Source: Pseudomonadota bacterium
Lineage (GTDB): Bacteria > Bdellovibrionota > Bdellovibrionia > Bdellovibrionales > SG-bin7
Direction: 5' to 3'
Assembly: GCA_034439715.1 (NCBI GenBank)
Contig: JAWXAY010000111.1
Span: forward strand, 1 to 12,729
DNA: 12,729 nucleotides
Every line of letters begins with the position of its first letter. Within the stretch, counting starts at the first letter, position 1. The translations under genes and the position numbers were made by a program. The notes under the pieces were generated by a model. That model made no database searches. It was not told the DNA's origin and saw nothing but the letters and a program-made list of their open reading frames with translations. This document shows positions 1 through 8,200 of this stretch, one piece after another.

Positions 1-124
1 AAAATCTAAAAAAGACTCTCTCAGGACCCTTTAAGACCTCTAAACGAATACAACTAGACTTAGGATCCAAAAAATATATGCTTTAAATTGCCTATGCTTA
101 AATAAATTGTATCCTATTGATATT

Positions 125-940
125 ATGAATATTTTTGATTATGACGACTATAAGGTGTTCACAAAATCCAAAATAACGGCTATGCCTAAGCGTGGTCGGG
201 GGCAGTGGCTGAACATGGCCAGAAGCCTTCGCTTACATACCTCATTAATAAGTCAGATATTTCAAGGAGACAAAAATTTAACTTTTGAACAAGCTTATTC
301 TGTCGCAGAATTTTTGGGTCTAATAAATCTGGATTTAGAATATTATGTGGCATTAGTTCAGCTCGAGCGGGCCGGTACTCATAAAATTAAAAATTTACTT
401 GAGAAGCAAATCCGTGAAATAAAATTGAAATCAACAAAACTTGTAAATCGAATTGGGCAGTCAAAGCAGTTAAATAAAAATGATCAAGCCACTTTTTACT
501 CAAATTGGTTTTACAGTGCGACTCGTTTGTTAACGTCGATTCCTGGCATGAACTCATTGGAGGCCATATCACAGAGTTTGGATTTATCAAAAACTCAAAT
601 CGCAGAAACTTTAGAGTTTCTTTTATCTTGTGGTTTGGTTTTAGAAAAAAATGGCCTGCTAACTTATGGTCCGTTAAAAACACATCTACCTGCTACGTCG
701 CCCCTAGTAGGTCGCCACCATATCAACTGGCGACTCAAGGCAATTGAAAGGGCCAATAAATTAACTGGGGACGAATTAATGTTTACGCTACCCGTAACCT
801 TGTCAAAAAAAGACTTTACTAAATTAAGAAATATGATTTTACAGTTTATTGAAAACGCAGAAAAAATCTATTCTCCTTCAGATCCCGAAACCTTGGCATT
901 TATGAATATCGACTGGCTTCTACTTAATAAGCCATCTTAA
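125..940 (+). CDS. TIGR02147 / DUF4423-like family protein, probable DNA-binding regulator (Xre-like HTH plus winged-helix-like segment)
   Basis: The ORF runs 107..940 from a TTG, but the ATG at 125 (MNIFDYDDYK) matches the family's typical 'IFxYxDY' N-terminus. It has an HTH-like 'MARSLRLHTSLISQIFQGDKNLT', 'FYSNWFYSATRLL', a wHTH-like 'LEAISQSLDLSKTQIAETLEFLLSCGLV', 'HHINWR' and a C-terminal 'FMNIDW'. Family recognised from motifs, no HMM run. Confidence 0.8.
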   Translation: MNIFDYDDYKVFTKSKITAMPKRGRGQWLNMARSLRLHTSLISQIFQGDKNLTFEQAYSVAEFLGLINLDLEYYVALVQLERAGTHKIKNLLEKQIREIKLKSTKLVNRIGQSKQLNKNDQATFYSNWFYSATRLLTSIPGMNSLEAISQSLDLSKTQIAETLEFLLSCGLVLEKNGLLTYGPLKTHLPATSPLVGRHHINWRLKAIERANKLTGDELMFTLPVTLSKKDFTKLRNMILQFIENAEKIYSPSDPETLAFMNIDWLLLNKPS

Positions 941-978
941 ACTTGTTTGCGATTAAGAAATTTATCAGTTGAGGCGTC

Positions 979-2301
979 CTAAGCCAAATCTGCTATTCCG
1001 TTGCTATTGCCAAATGATGATCCAGCATAGCCCATTATCTTAAGCATTGCCATATAGACATTCGCAAATCTCACTTCAGTTTTTGGCATTATTGCTCTGC
1101 CTGATAAAATCTGACCACCGGCCTTACCAGCCAACAATAAAGTGAGACGATTTGTAGTGTGCGAGTTCGCACCCATTTGCATGCCCGATCCAAATAGCAG
1201 CATACTATTATCTAATAGGGTCTTACCATTTGGTTCCGTAATAGCTTTCATCCTCCCCAGCAGATACGCATACTGACCAACATACCACCGAATAATTTTT
1301 TTATACTTCTCGGCGTAAGACGGATCGAGTGAATAATGAGAAACAAGATGATGATTGTCGATCACTCCGAGAAAACTAAAATCACCCGAACTCATTCTAT
1401 TTGTAATCACACGAGTCAGATCACATTGAAACGCAATTACCATCAAATCAAGCATCAATTTTGTATGGGTCGCAAAGACCGCTGAGTCTGTCCTAACGCC
1501 GCTATTGCATTGCTTTGTTGAGGTAGGAAGTGGAGTACTATTAATTTCTATTTCGACTTCGCGAATTGAAGTTAGATACTGGTCCATTTTTACTCTGTCT
1601 GATTTTCCTAATTCTCTCGTCAAACTACTTAATGATTCTTTTGTCGAATCAAGAATACTTTTTTTGTAAGCGCGAATTTTTGCGGCTTCAGCATTAGTTT
1701 GAGTTGTCGAAACAGCGCCACCAGCAAACAGAGCATCAAAGGCCTCTGCGGGGCTATTTACTCGAGGAGCCGCAGTAGTATTCGTGGCCCAAGATAATGT
1801 TTTGGTGTAATAAGAACTGTAGACGGAATCGCCTTTTCCACCATGATCACGATAAGTCATGTTGATTGATCTGACACGCGTCTGACTAGCCACTAAATTT
1901 GCAATATATTGATCAGCAGAAATTCCCGACCGAATATCGGTTAAAGATGGATTATTGACGGCACAACTTAAAAAAGTTCCAAATTCACGAGCATGAACGC
2001 CTGGTGCGTCGGGATTTAAAGTATTTTGTGTGAGATTTGAAAGCATGGTGATGTCACTCCGGTAAGCTTGGAGGCCCTGAAGCTCAGTTGGAAATTGATA
2101 AGCCGCACCCAAACCAACTGGAAGCCAGCTATCATAAAAACTGCCCCACGGAAAAACCAAGAATGCTGTTCTAATGGGAATGCCGGCGATAACAGAGGCT
2201 GCAGTTGCCCTTAGTGGAATCATGGCTTCCAAAAACGGGAGCATGATCATCGCACCACCTGCTTTAAGGAATGTTCTTCGATCCAAATGTGATTTCTTCA
2301 T
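979..2301 (-). CDS. DUF1552 domain-containing protein with twin-arginine (Tat) signal
   Basis: 440 aa. N-terminal 'LDRRTFLKAGGAMIMLPFLEAM' plus family-typical motifs 'ISADQYIA', 'KSILD', 'DRVKMDQYLTSIREVE', 'LMLDLMVIAFQCDLTRVIT', 'HHLVSH', 'TLLDNSMLLFGS' and 'LLLAGKAGG'. The ATG overlaps the upstream gene's TAA (TAATG at 2299-2303) and has a GGGGGA SD. Confidence 0.9.
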   Translation of the reverse strand: MKKSHLDRRTFLKAGGAMIMLPFLEAMIPLRATAASVIAGIPIRTAFLVFPWGSFYDSWLPVGLGAAYQFPTELQGLQAYRSDITMLSNLTQNTLNPDAPGVHAREFGTFLSCAVNNPSLTDIRSGISADQYIANLVASQTRVRSINMTYRDHGGKGDSVYSSYYTKTLSWATNTTAAPRVNSPAEAFDALFAGGAVSTTQTNAEAAKIRAYKKSILDSTKESLSSLTRELGKSDRVKMDQYLTSIREVEIEINSTPLPTSTKQCNSGVRTDSAVFATHTKLMLDLMVIAFQCDLTRVITNRMSSGDFSFLGVIDNHHLVSHYSLDPSYAEKYKKIIRWYVGQYAYLLGRMKAITEPNGKTLLDNSMLLFGSGMQMGANSHTTNRLTLLLAGKAGGQILSGRAIMPKTEVRFANVYMAMLKIMGYAGSSFGNSNGIADLA

Positions 2302-4010
2302 TAAATTCCCCCATCGCCTTTTTGCTTTAAGAAAATATCATTGGTGACAAGCGCATAGACTAAATCGGCAAATGTTTTTTTCGAATCTATATTAGCTAAG
2401 GCAAGGTTTTGAATTCGACAATTTTCAAATGGCTTAAGCTCGCGCCCGAGAGCAAAAGAGGTAATTTTTTTTGAGAAACAAGTTTTGAATTGTGGTCTCT
2501 CATCTAAAAGATCCGCAAGCCCGGTTGCACCGGCGAAGGATTTTCCGTCTGGAAGTTTTCCTGTATCATCAATTGTGTCACCCTCTAATGTCGTACGCCA
2601 TTGCCCAATCGGGTTAAGTTTTTCTAAGCTAAAACCTATTGGGTCCATTACCGAATGACAAGAATAACAGGTGGGATTTTTACTGTGATATTCGATTCTC
2701 TGTCTGCGAGTACCGACAAAACCTTCGGGAGGGTTCCCAAGTGAAATATTACTTGGTGGTTCAGGGGGCGCGGAACACATAAGATTTTCCATAACCCATT
2801 TTCCGCGAATCACAGGAGACGTTTCATTTGCATGAGAGGTAATGGTGAGTAAAGACCCTTGAGTAATTAAACCTCTTCGCTCTGTTCCCACCAGAGAAAC
2901 TTTACGAAATTGATCTGCCGTATAGGTTTTTCCATCAACTGCCTTAGCGCTTATGCCATAGTGGTTAGCTAAATTTTCATTTATAAATGTATAATCTGCC
3001 TTCACGAAGTCTGACACTGAAGCTGTTCCACGAAAAACACTGGCGATCATGGATTTAGTTTCGATCAACATATCATCTTTAAGTTTTGCAGTGAGTGCCG
3101 GAAAAAGTGCCATATCAGCGTCATGCGTACTGAGTGATGAAAGATCCAGCCACTGACTGGCAAAAATGTCGACAAGTGACTGTGCCTTACTATCCTTTAA
3201 CATGCGATTAACTTGCTCTTTCAAAACACTACTATTTTTTAGACTTCCCGTTGCGGCTAAGGCGAACAAGGTATCGTCTGGCATTGAACTCCAAATGAAA
3301 TAAGATAAACGCGTCGCCAATTCATAGTCGTTGATCTGAACCACCACATTAGGATTGTCCGGGGCGCTATGTTTCTCAATGCGAAACAAAAAATTTGGGG
3401 ACATCAATATTTTTTGAATTCCCAAATAAATGGCTTTTTCAAACCCATCTCCCTGACTAGAAGCAACGTCCACTACCGTTTCCAGTTGGACCAACTCTAG
3501 TTCAGAAATGGGGCGACGATAAGCCCTTTTAGCAATGGCACCTAAAATTTTCCTGGCGCAAGCTTTAGCAGAGAGAGTGGCGCTCGGGCTACAAATCATA
3601 AATTTACTTGGGGTCTTAAAAACTTCATTCGCGATAGTTTGAGAAGCGTCCAAATATTTTCCCGCTAGAATCCCATCGATACTTAAGACATCTGAATTAT
3701 TATCAAAATTTAATCCTGATGGATCAATACCAAATGTGTCTGCAGGTCTAATGGCAATGCCAAATAAATCACGGATGGTATTATTATATTCATTTTTATT
3801 GAGTCTCCTCACAGTCACTCGCATCGGATCGTCAACTATCTTACAGGCAATAGGCGTGGCTTCAAAAGGGTTATTTATACTCGACGCTGATGTGGATAGT
3901 GTCTTTGAATCAAAGGACTTATATCCAGCGCAATTCTGAAATAAAAAGGCATTAGCTAAGATAAATCCGAGCAAAATAGATAAGTAGAAATTATTTTTAA
4001 TATTGCTCAA
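2301..4010 (-). CDS. DUF1592-family multidomain protein (DUF1587/DUF1595/DUF1592/DUF1588/DUF1585 architecture), predicted c-type heme lipoprotein
   Basis: Motifs 'RRLNKNEYNNTIRDLFG', 'FDNN', 'RAYRRP', 'SPNFLFR', 'YELATRLSYFIWSSMPDDTL', 'RRGLITQGSLL', 'TSPVIRGKWVMENLMCSAPPEPP' and a CxxCH (CYSCH, 2655-2669). The ORF track starts at 4082. The TTG at 4010 is preferred because it has a GGGGT SD-like sequence upstream and gives a normal-length signal ending in LFQN-C (Cys27). Confidence 0.88.
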   Translation of the reverse strand: MSNIKNNFYLSILLGFILANAFLFQNCAGYKSFDSKTLSTSASSINNPFEATPIACKIVDDPMRVTVRRLNKNEYNNTIRDLFGIAIRPADTFGIDPSGLNFDNNSDVLSIDGILAGKYLDASQTIANEVFKTPSKFMICSPSATLSAKACARKILGAIAKRAYRRPISELELVQLETVVDVASSQGDGFEKAIYLGIQKILMSPNFLFRIEKHSAPDNPNVVVQINDYELATRLSYFIWSSMPDDTLFALAATGSLKNSSVLKEQVNRMLKDSKAQSLVDIFASQWLDLSSLSTHDADMALFPALTAKLKDDMLIETKSMIASVFRGTASVSDFVKADYTFINENLANHYGISAKAVDGKTYTADQFRKVSLVGTERRGLITQGSLLTITSHANETSPVIRGKWVMENLMCSAPPEPPSNISLGNPPEGFVGTRRQRIEYHSKNPTCYSCHSVMDPIGFSLEKLNPIGQWRTTLEGDTIDDTGKLPDGKSFAGATGLADLLDERPQFKTCFSKKITSFALGRELKPFENCRIQNLALANIDSKKTFADLVYALVTNDIFLKQKGDGGI

Positions 4011-4378
4011 AATTACCCCGTACTGATAGTATGCGTTCAAAATACTTCGCAGGATATTGATATAATGCGTCCAATATTTCAATGTAATATCAATAAGATG
4101 GCGAAAAAAAATAGCAAACTTTATTTGATTAGGAAAATTTTAATTTTTACCCCAAAACGTGGGGCTTAATGGCCGAACGACCCATCACTAAAAAAACTAC
4201 GAAGTCAGAGCAATCGCGCTCTCACCCCATGTTAGAAACAAGTGATTTAGACTGAGCCCCTTACATTGGACACTGCCTTAAATAGTTAATGAACAAGCGA
4301 TTAGCATATCCGTCCATTTTAGCACGGGTCACATTTGTCGCTAACACCGCGCTTTAAATACTGTATGTTCGGTGAACA

Positions 4379-5752
4379 TCAGGGCAATTCGCTGTTAGAC
4401 GGTTCCGAACGACTGAAATCGGCTTGTAAGGATTCCAAAATATTTCTTGCTTCATCTTCACTGATATTTTTATGGTTCAGCAGAAAATTAGACAATCTTC
4501 TAGGAGATAAACCTAAAACAAACCACCTAGTCCCATCGACAATTTGGGATTTAACATTGTCTAGTTTCTCAAAACCGAATCGACGGTACAAGGCTATTCC
4601 CGCTTCATCATTGTAGGTGTAAAGATACTGGTTTTGCATTTCATCGATTGGTGAGCCTCGGCCAGAAAAAATCATTGCAAATAGCTGAAGTAGAATTTCC
4701 TTATGAGCAAATTGCCGCAACTCCTTATCCTTCGCAATCGCAAACTTTGTAGGTTCAAAAATTTGTCCCACTGAAAACTCTATAAGCTTGTCAAGGTCAG
4801 GCTCCGCACCTTTTGGCCACTTCCATATGAACTTTTCAGTGCCGCGGTAATCCGTGCGAAGAAATAACTCGCGTTGCTTAAGAATTGTATTGGCAGCTCC
4901 AAACTGCTGTTGCAAGTCTGGCTCCAGATCTTCCCGAGTGCTTGGCCGTGGAAGAAATGCTTTTTCAGAAAAAAGAGTTTCCATCGGTAAAAGTGGAATT
5001 GGTTTTCCCCACAAGCCAGGTAATGCATAGCCAACTCCATAGGTGTTGTCATAAAGCCCCTGATAGTTATCGTCAGAAAATCGTCTACCGAACGGGCCCG
5101 TTAGCTCTTCTACCTTTTGCGTAATTTTGTTATGAAATTTTACTTTTCCATAAGTGGCTCGAGATAACCCAAGTGTTGCAACAATGTTGCCGCTTTTGTC
5201 GCGAACAACAATATATCGAGTGTGGTCGATACTCTCATGAGCTTTACGTCGAAGATGGGTAATGAACTCTTCACTCCAACCACGGCGTTCTTTATAGAGT
5301 GGTAAAACAAAATCCAAAATTTCATTCAGCAACTGAGCCTGCCTATGACGACCATTTTTTATGGCCTTTTTTGAATATTTTTGACTTGAAAATTTATTAT
5401 CGGTAATTGGATGATCCAAAATGTTCGTTGAATCGAGGACTTCAACATTAAACAGTTCTGCAGAGAAAATTTGATGGGTAAAAACCCGGTAATTTCCTTG
5501 GTGCAGAGGCCCAATCGACTGGTAGTCGACAGTGGGATGAACCTCTCGCGAGACCAGGGTGAGATGGGAGTCGTTCCAGATCGAGGTCACCTGATCAAAT
5601 GCCACATTGAAGTTGGGCACTTGTTCTGAAAAAAGTTTCTGGCAGTCAAATCTCGCTATAGCATTGGACGAAAAAAGTAGGCTCACTGTCAAAAGTTTTG
5701 ACAGAAAGCCAATGCGAAAGTGAATTTCAGACTTTTTCCAAGACGTTTCCAT
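4379..5752 (-). CDS. Hypothetical protein with N-terminal signal-peptide-like region and C-terminal GNAT-fold (LuxI/FeeM-like acyltransferase) motifs
   Basis: 457-aa ORF. A hydrophobic 'KLLTVSLLFSSNAIA' with an AxA cleavage site is followed by 'RFDCQKLF'. GNAT-like elements occur in order: 'RYIVVRDKSGNIVATLGL', 'IFEPTKFAI', 'YLYTYNDEAGIALYRRFGFEK'. The CDS is well supported, while the fold assignment is an inference. Confidence 0.65.
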   Translation of the reverse strand: METSWKKSEIHFRIGFLSKLLTVSLLFSSNAIARFDCQKLFSEQVPNFNVAFDQVTSIWNDSHLTLVSREVHPTVDYQSIGPLHQGNYRVFTHQIFSAELFNVEVLDSTNILDHPITDNKFSSQKYSKKAIKNGRHRQAQLLNEILDFVLPLYKERRGWSEEFITHLRRKAHESIDHTRYIVVRDKSGNIVATLGLSRATYGKVKFHNKITQKVEELTGPFGRRFSDDNYQGLYDNTYGVGYALPGLWGKPIPLLPMETLFSEKAFLPRPSTREDLEPDLQQQFGAANTILKQRELFLRTDYRGTEKFIWKWPKGAEPDLDKLIEFSVGQIFEPTKFAIAKDKELRQFAHKEILLQLFAMIFSGRGSPIDEMQNQYLYTYNDEAGIALYRRFGFEKLDNVKSQIVDGTRWFVLGLSPRRLSNFLLNHKNISEDEARNILESLQADFSRSEPSNSELP

Positions 5753-5767
5753 ACTCTAAGGATAAAT

Positions 5768-5784
5768 AGCAATATCTGGGCCAG
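5768..5784 (-). promoter_or_regulatory. Putative sigma54 (-24/-12) promoter of the GNAT-like gene
   Basis: The minus strand reads CTGGCCCAGATATTGCT. This has exact GG-N10-GC spacing and matches TGGCAC-N5-TTGCW with one mismatch. It lies in the 50-bp gap immediately upstream of the ATG at 5752. Confidence 0.65.
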
Positions 5785-5802
5785 CGAATTGCGTGAAACA
5801 AT

Positions 5803-6219
5803 CTAATTGAAACGTTCGTGCTCACAAGTCATTTTTACTTCTGTCGTCGTACCCTGCATATTTAAATAACGGTACACACTCGAGCTTTTACCCCTTCGTA
5901 CTACTTTACCAACAGAAAGAGACTGTGAGATGAATCCCTGCTTATAGTTATTGTATTCGGTTGAATTTGCGTTATTGACCACATTTACTGGGCTCGCTGA
6001 ACCCACTGTGTCACCTTGCCAAAGTACGACTAAGAAATCTCCCAAATTTCCTCGGCATACACGGGCGCCAGACACGTATAAACCGTTTCCAAAGCCCTGT
6101 GCTTCACATTCAAGAGTCTTGCTTGTGCCTTCTGGACAATCCAAATAAGCTTCTGAAGCTAAAACATTAAGACCAAAAATCGACATACTAATTGCAGAAA
6201 AAAGACATAGCATTTTCAT
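5803..6219 (-). CDS. Small secreted hypothetical protein (4 Cys in mature part)
   Basis: 138 aa with an AGGAG SD upstream. Sec-type signal 'MKMLCLFSAISMSIFGLNVLA' followed by a beta-rich-looking mature region with four Cys. Confidence 0.8.
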   Translation of the reverse strand: MKMLCLFSAISMSIFGLNVLASEAYLDCPEGTSKTLECEAQGFGNGLYVSGARVCRGNLGDFLVVLWQGDTVGSASPVNVVNNANSTEYNNYKQGFISQSLSVGKVVRRGKSSSVYRYLNMQGTTTEVKMTCEHERFN

Positions 6220-6255
6220 TTTATTTCTCCTAAATAATTTTATTTAAATCTTTTA

Positions 6256-6693
6256 TTACCAGTTTGCTCTCACAAATTTGCAATCGTTAAAAACGAATTC
6301 CACTTTAGGCCGAGTAGCAATTCGTTGTGTTCTATATTTGAAAGTGAGTTTGCCTGGTCCACGATCTTCTTGAATTGTGATGCCAAACGCACTTGTAAAA
6401 TTCAAAGCCTGACGAGGAACAGCTGAGGTCAAGTTATTGTCTTGGCCGCGAATCATCATCACACGCGCACCTGTCTGGGGGTAATGCCAAAACAGAAGAG
6501 CCTGCCCACTCCCATTTTCAATTGCCGACGAGATACGTGAGTCGTAGGTCACAAGCTGAATATACTGTTTAGCGTTTTGCTCAAGGTCGATAACGACATT
6601 GCCGCCTTCACAAACATAGACGGGCTTCCAATTGGCTTCACTAGCCGATGCACTGCTTAGACAGGCAAGGAACAAAACTAAAAACTTTTTCAT
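6256..6693 (-). CDS. Small secreted hypothetical protein (N-/C-terminal Cys pair)
   Basis: The ORF track starts at 6717, but the ATG at 6693 has an AAAGGAG SD and gives the signal 'MKKFLVLFLACLSSASA'. Cys occur in 'VYVCEGG' and 'FNDCK'. Ends in a tandem TAA TAA. Confidence 0.8.
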   Translation of the reverse strand: MKKFLVLFLACLSSASASEANWKPVYVCEGGNVVIDLEQNAKQYIQLVTYDSRISSAIENGSGQALLFWHYPQTGARVMMIRGQDNNLTSAVPRQALNFTSAFGITIQEDRGPGKLTFKYRTQRIATRPKVEFVFNDCKFVRANW

Positions 6694-6726
6694 AAAAACT
6701 CCTTTGTTACGCCGCATACTGGCATT

Positions 6727-6767
6727 TATTTACTATAAAGTAAATATAATTTACTTTATAGTAAATA
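6727..6767. promoter_or_regulatory. Double palindromic operator, probably bound by the adjacent TetR protein
   Basis: TATTTACTATAAAGTAAAT-ATA-ATTTACTTTATAGTAAATA has perfect 19-bp inverted arms, and each arm is itself a palindrome ATTTACT-N4-AGTAAAT. It lies between divergent genes, with a TATAAT at 6745-6750 between the two boxes. Confidence 0.8.
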
Positions 6768-6794
6768 TTTCCGATCACCTTATCAGGAGGCCCT

Positions 6795-7433
6795 ATGAAA
6801 GCTGACCAGAACATCGCTAAAACTATCTGGGGAGAATTTATGGGAGTTGGACACAGCAAAGCCCAACAAAGACAAATTCAAATTGTGCACGCGGCTTTAA
6901 AAATCATAGCCAAAGAAGGTGCCGATCGGATGACCTTTGATCTCCTAGCTAAAAAATGTAAGGTAACTCGCCAACTGATTATCCACTACTTTCCAAACCG
7001 AGAAGATCTTTTGAAATGGGGCGCACGTTTTGTACGAGCGCATATGCAACAATATGCCGTCGAGAGGCTGTCAAAGCACCCGTCTAGCAAAGATCAACTA
7101 ATAGCTTATACGAGGTCGACTTTTGAATGGACCCGAGAAAACCCCAATTACGCAAAGTTTTGGGCTTACTATTATTACATTTGTGGTCTAAAAAAGGATT
7201 TTCAAAAATCTAATTCCGAGCTCGTGGCCATGGGACATCAGCGAATTTTCGCCCTATTAGAAGTGGCATACAAAAAAGGTGAATCTAAAATAAAACCTTC
7301 CGTTGTAAATTCAAAGCTCATTCAAAACATTATTACGGCGGGACTGTTGTCCCTCACCACCGAAAACTACGATGATATCCAAAAAAAGATAGAAGATTGG
7401 ACCGTTCAAGGAGTATTGCGGATTGCATTTTAA
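6795..7433 (+). CDS. TetR/AcrR family transcriptional regulator
   Basis: AGGAGG SD at 6785-6790. N-terminal TetR HTH 'QIVHAALKIIAKEGADRMTFDLLAKKCKVTRQLIIHYFPNREDLL' followed by a helical C-terminal domain. An alternative ATG lies at 6840. Confidence 0.92.
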   Translation: MKADQNIAKTIWGEFMGVGHSKAQQRQIQIVHAALKIIAKEGADRMTFDLLAKKCKVTRQLIIHYFPNREDLLKWGARFVRAHMQQYAVERLSKHPSSKDQLIAYTRSTFEWTRENPNYAKFWAYYYYICGLKKDFQKSNSELVAMGHQRIFALLEVAYKKGESKIKPSVVNSKLIQNIITAGLLSLTTENYDDIQKKIEDWTVQGVLRIAF

Positions 7434-7807
7434 GAAGGTCAGCAAAGCATTGGATTGTTGCCCTCATCTGCTTCTTTCTGATGATATCTAGATATGAAAG
7501 TTTACGTTTTCAAATCACCGCCACCATTTCTTTGGGATATACTCGAGATATTCGTGCTATGTGGCGCTTTAAGAGTGCAACGTTGCCTATGAAACGGTGG
7601 GACTCGGTTGCGGCCCGAATGGTTTGCAAAGCGAAAAACAACTGGATTGAATGATGGGAGCGCCAACAATCTTCAGTCAGAAGGGCGCAACATTTGATAA
7701 CTGCTTGCCTGGTTACCAATGCCATTCAGAAATGGCATTCGACTTCACGTTCGAGAATTTTCTATTTCAAATTCATTTAGGTCACTGCGGGTATTAAAAA
7801 GCAGTGA

Positions 7808-8200
7808 TTAACGACTGTGAAGCTCGGTTAAGAAAATTTGCGGGCCTTCAGAAGAGACTATATTCCATGCCCTTACGTAGTCAGCCCCATAGCTTTCATC
7901 CATTTTCCGAGCCGTGGAACCGAGTTTACCGGTGGGATCCAATGTCCTATAAACTGACTCTTCAATTGCAAAAACATGCAGATGGTTTCGAACCAATAGA
8001 GGTTCATTTCGATATTTTACCAACATCGACGTGGCACCGATACTGGACAAAATGTCGTTGACGTAGAGATGAAGAATTTTCAGATCTTTGCCTTGAAGTA
8101 CCTATGCCCTCCAATCATATTGCTGGAATACCCCGTTTGGTGATAAATGGGTTAACTATGTCTAACCAATTTTCTTGTAGTCACCCTCTGACTTCTGCAT
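7808..8200 (-). pseudogene. Possible decayed gene remnant (unidentified)
   Basis: One minus frame is open for 97 sense codons (8101-7811, stop at 7810-7808) with protein-like composition (VLQGKDLKILHLYVNDIL...LHVFAIEESVY...GADYVRAWNIV). It extends to an ATG at 8200 through three in-frame TAGs. No family recognised. Confidence 0.3.

Noticed and set aside
4096..4378. Riboswitch in the long leader of the DUF1592 operon
   Set aside because: Only short hairpins are present (e.g. ATGTTC-GGT-GAACAT at 4365-4379 and AGAGC-N6-GCTCT), and I recognised no conserved riboswitch motif by eye. An Rfam scan would be decisive.
6719..6734. sigma54 promoter for tetR (TGGCAT...)
   Set aside because: There is no GC at the -12 position (it reads TACT), so the required GG-N10-GC is absent.
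7397..8061. ORFs 7397-7654 (+), 7510-7725 (-) and 7804-8061 (+) as genes
   Set aside because: They are short, mutually overlapping with opposite-strand frames, lack a convincing SD and have no recognisable motifs.
8102..8164. Three in-frame TAG stops suggesting amber recoding
   Set aside because: serA, the DUF1552 gene and the 5803 gene all end at TAG at their expected C-termini, and the same frame also contains TAA and TGA further on. Decay or chance is the simpler explanation.
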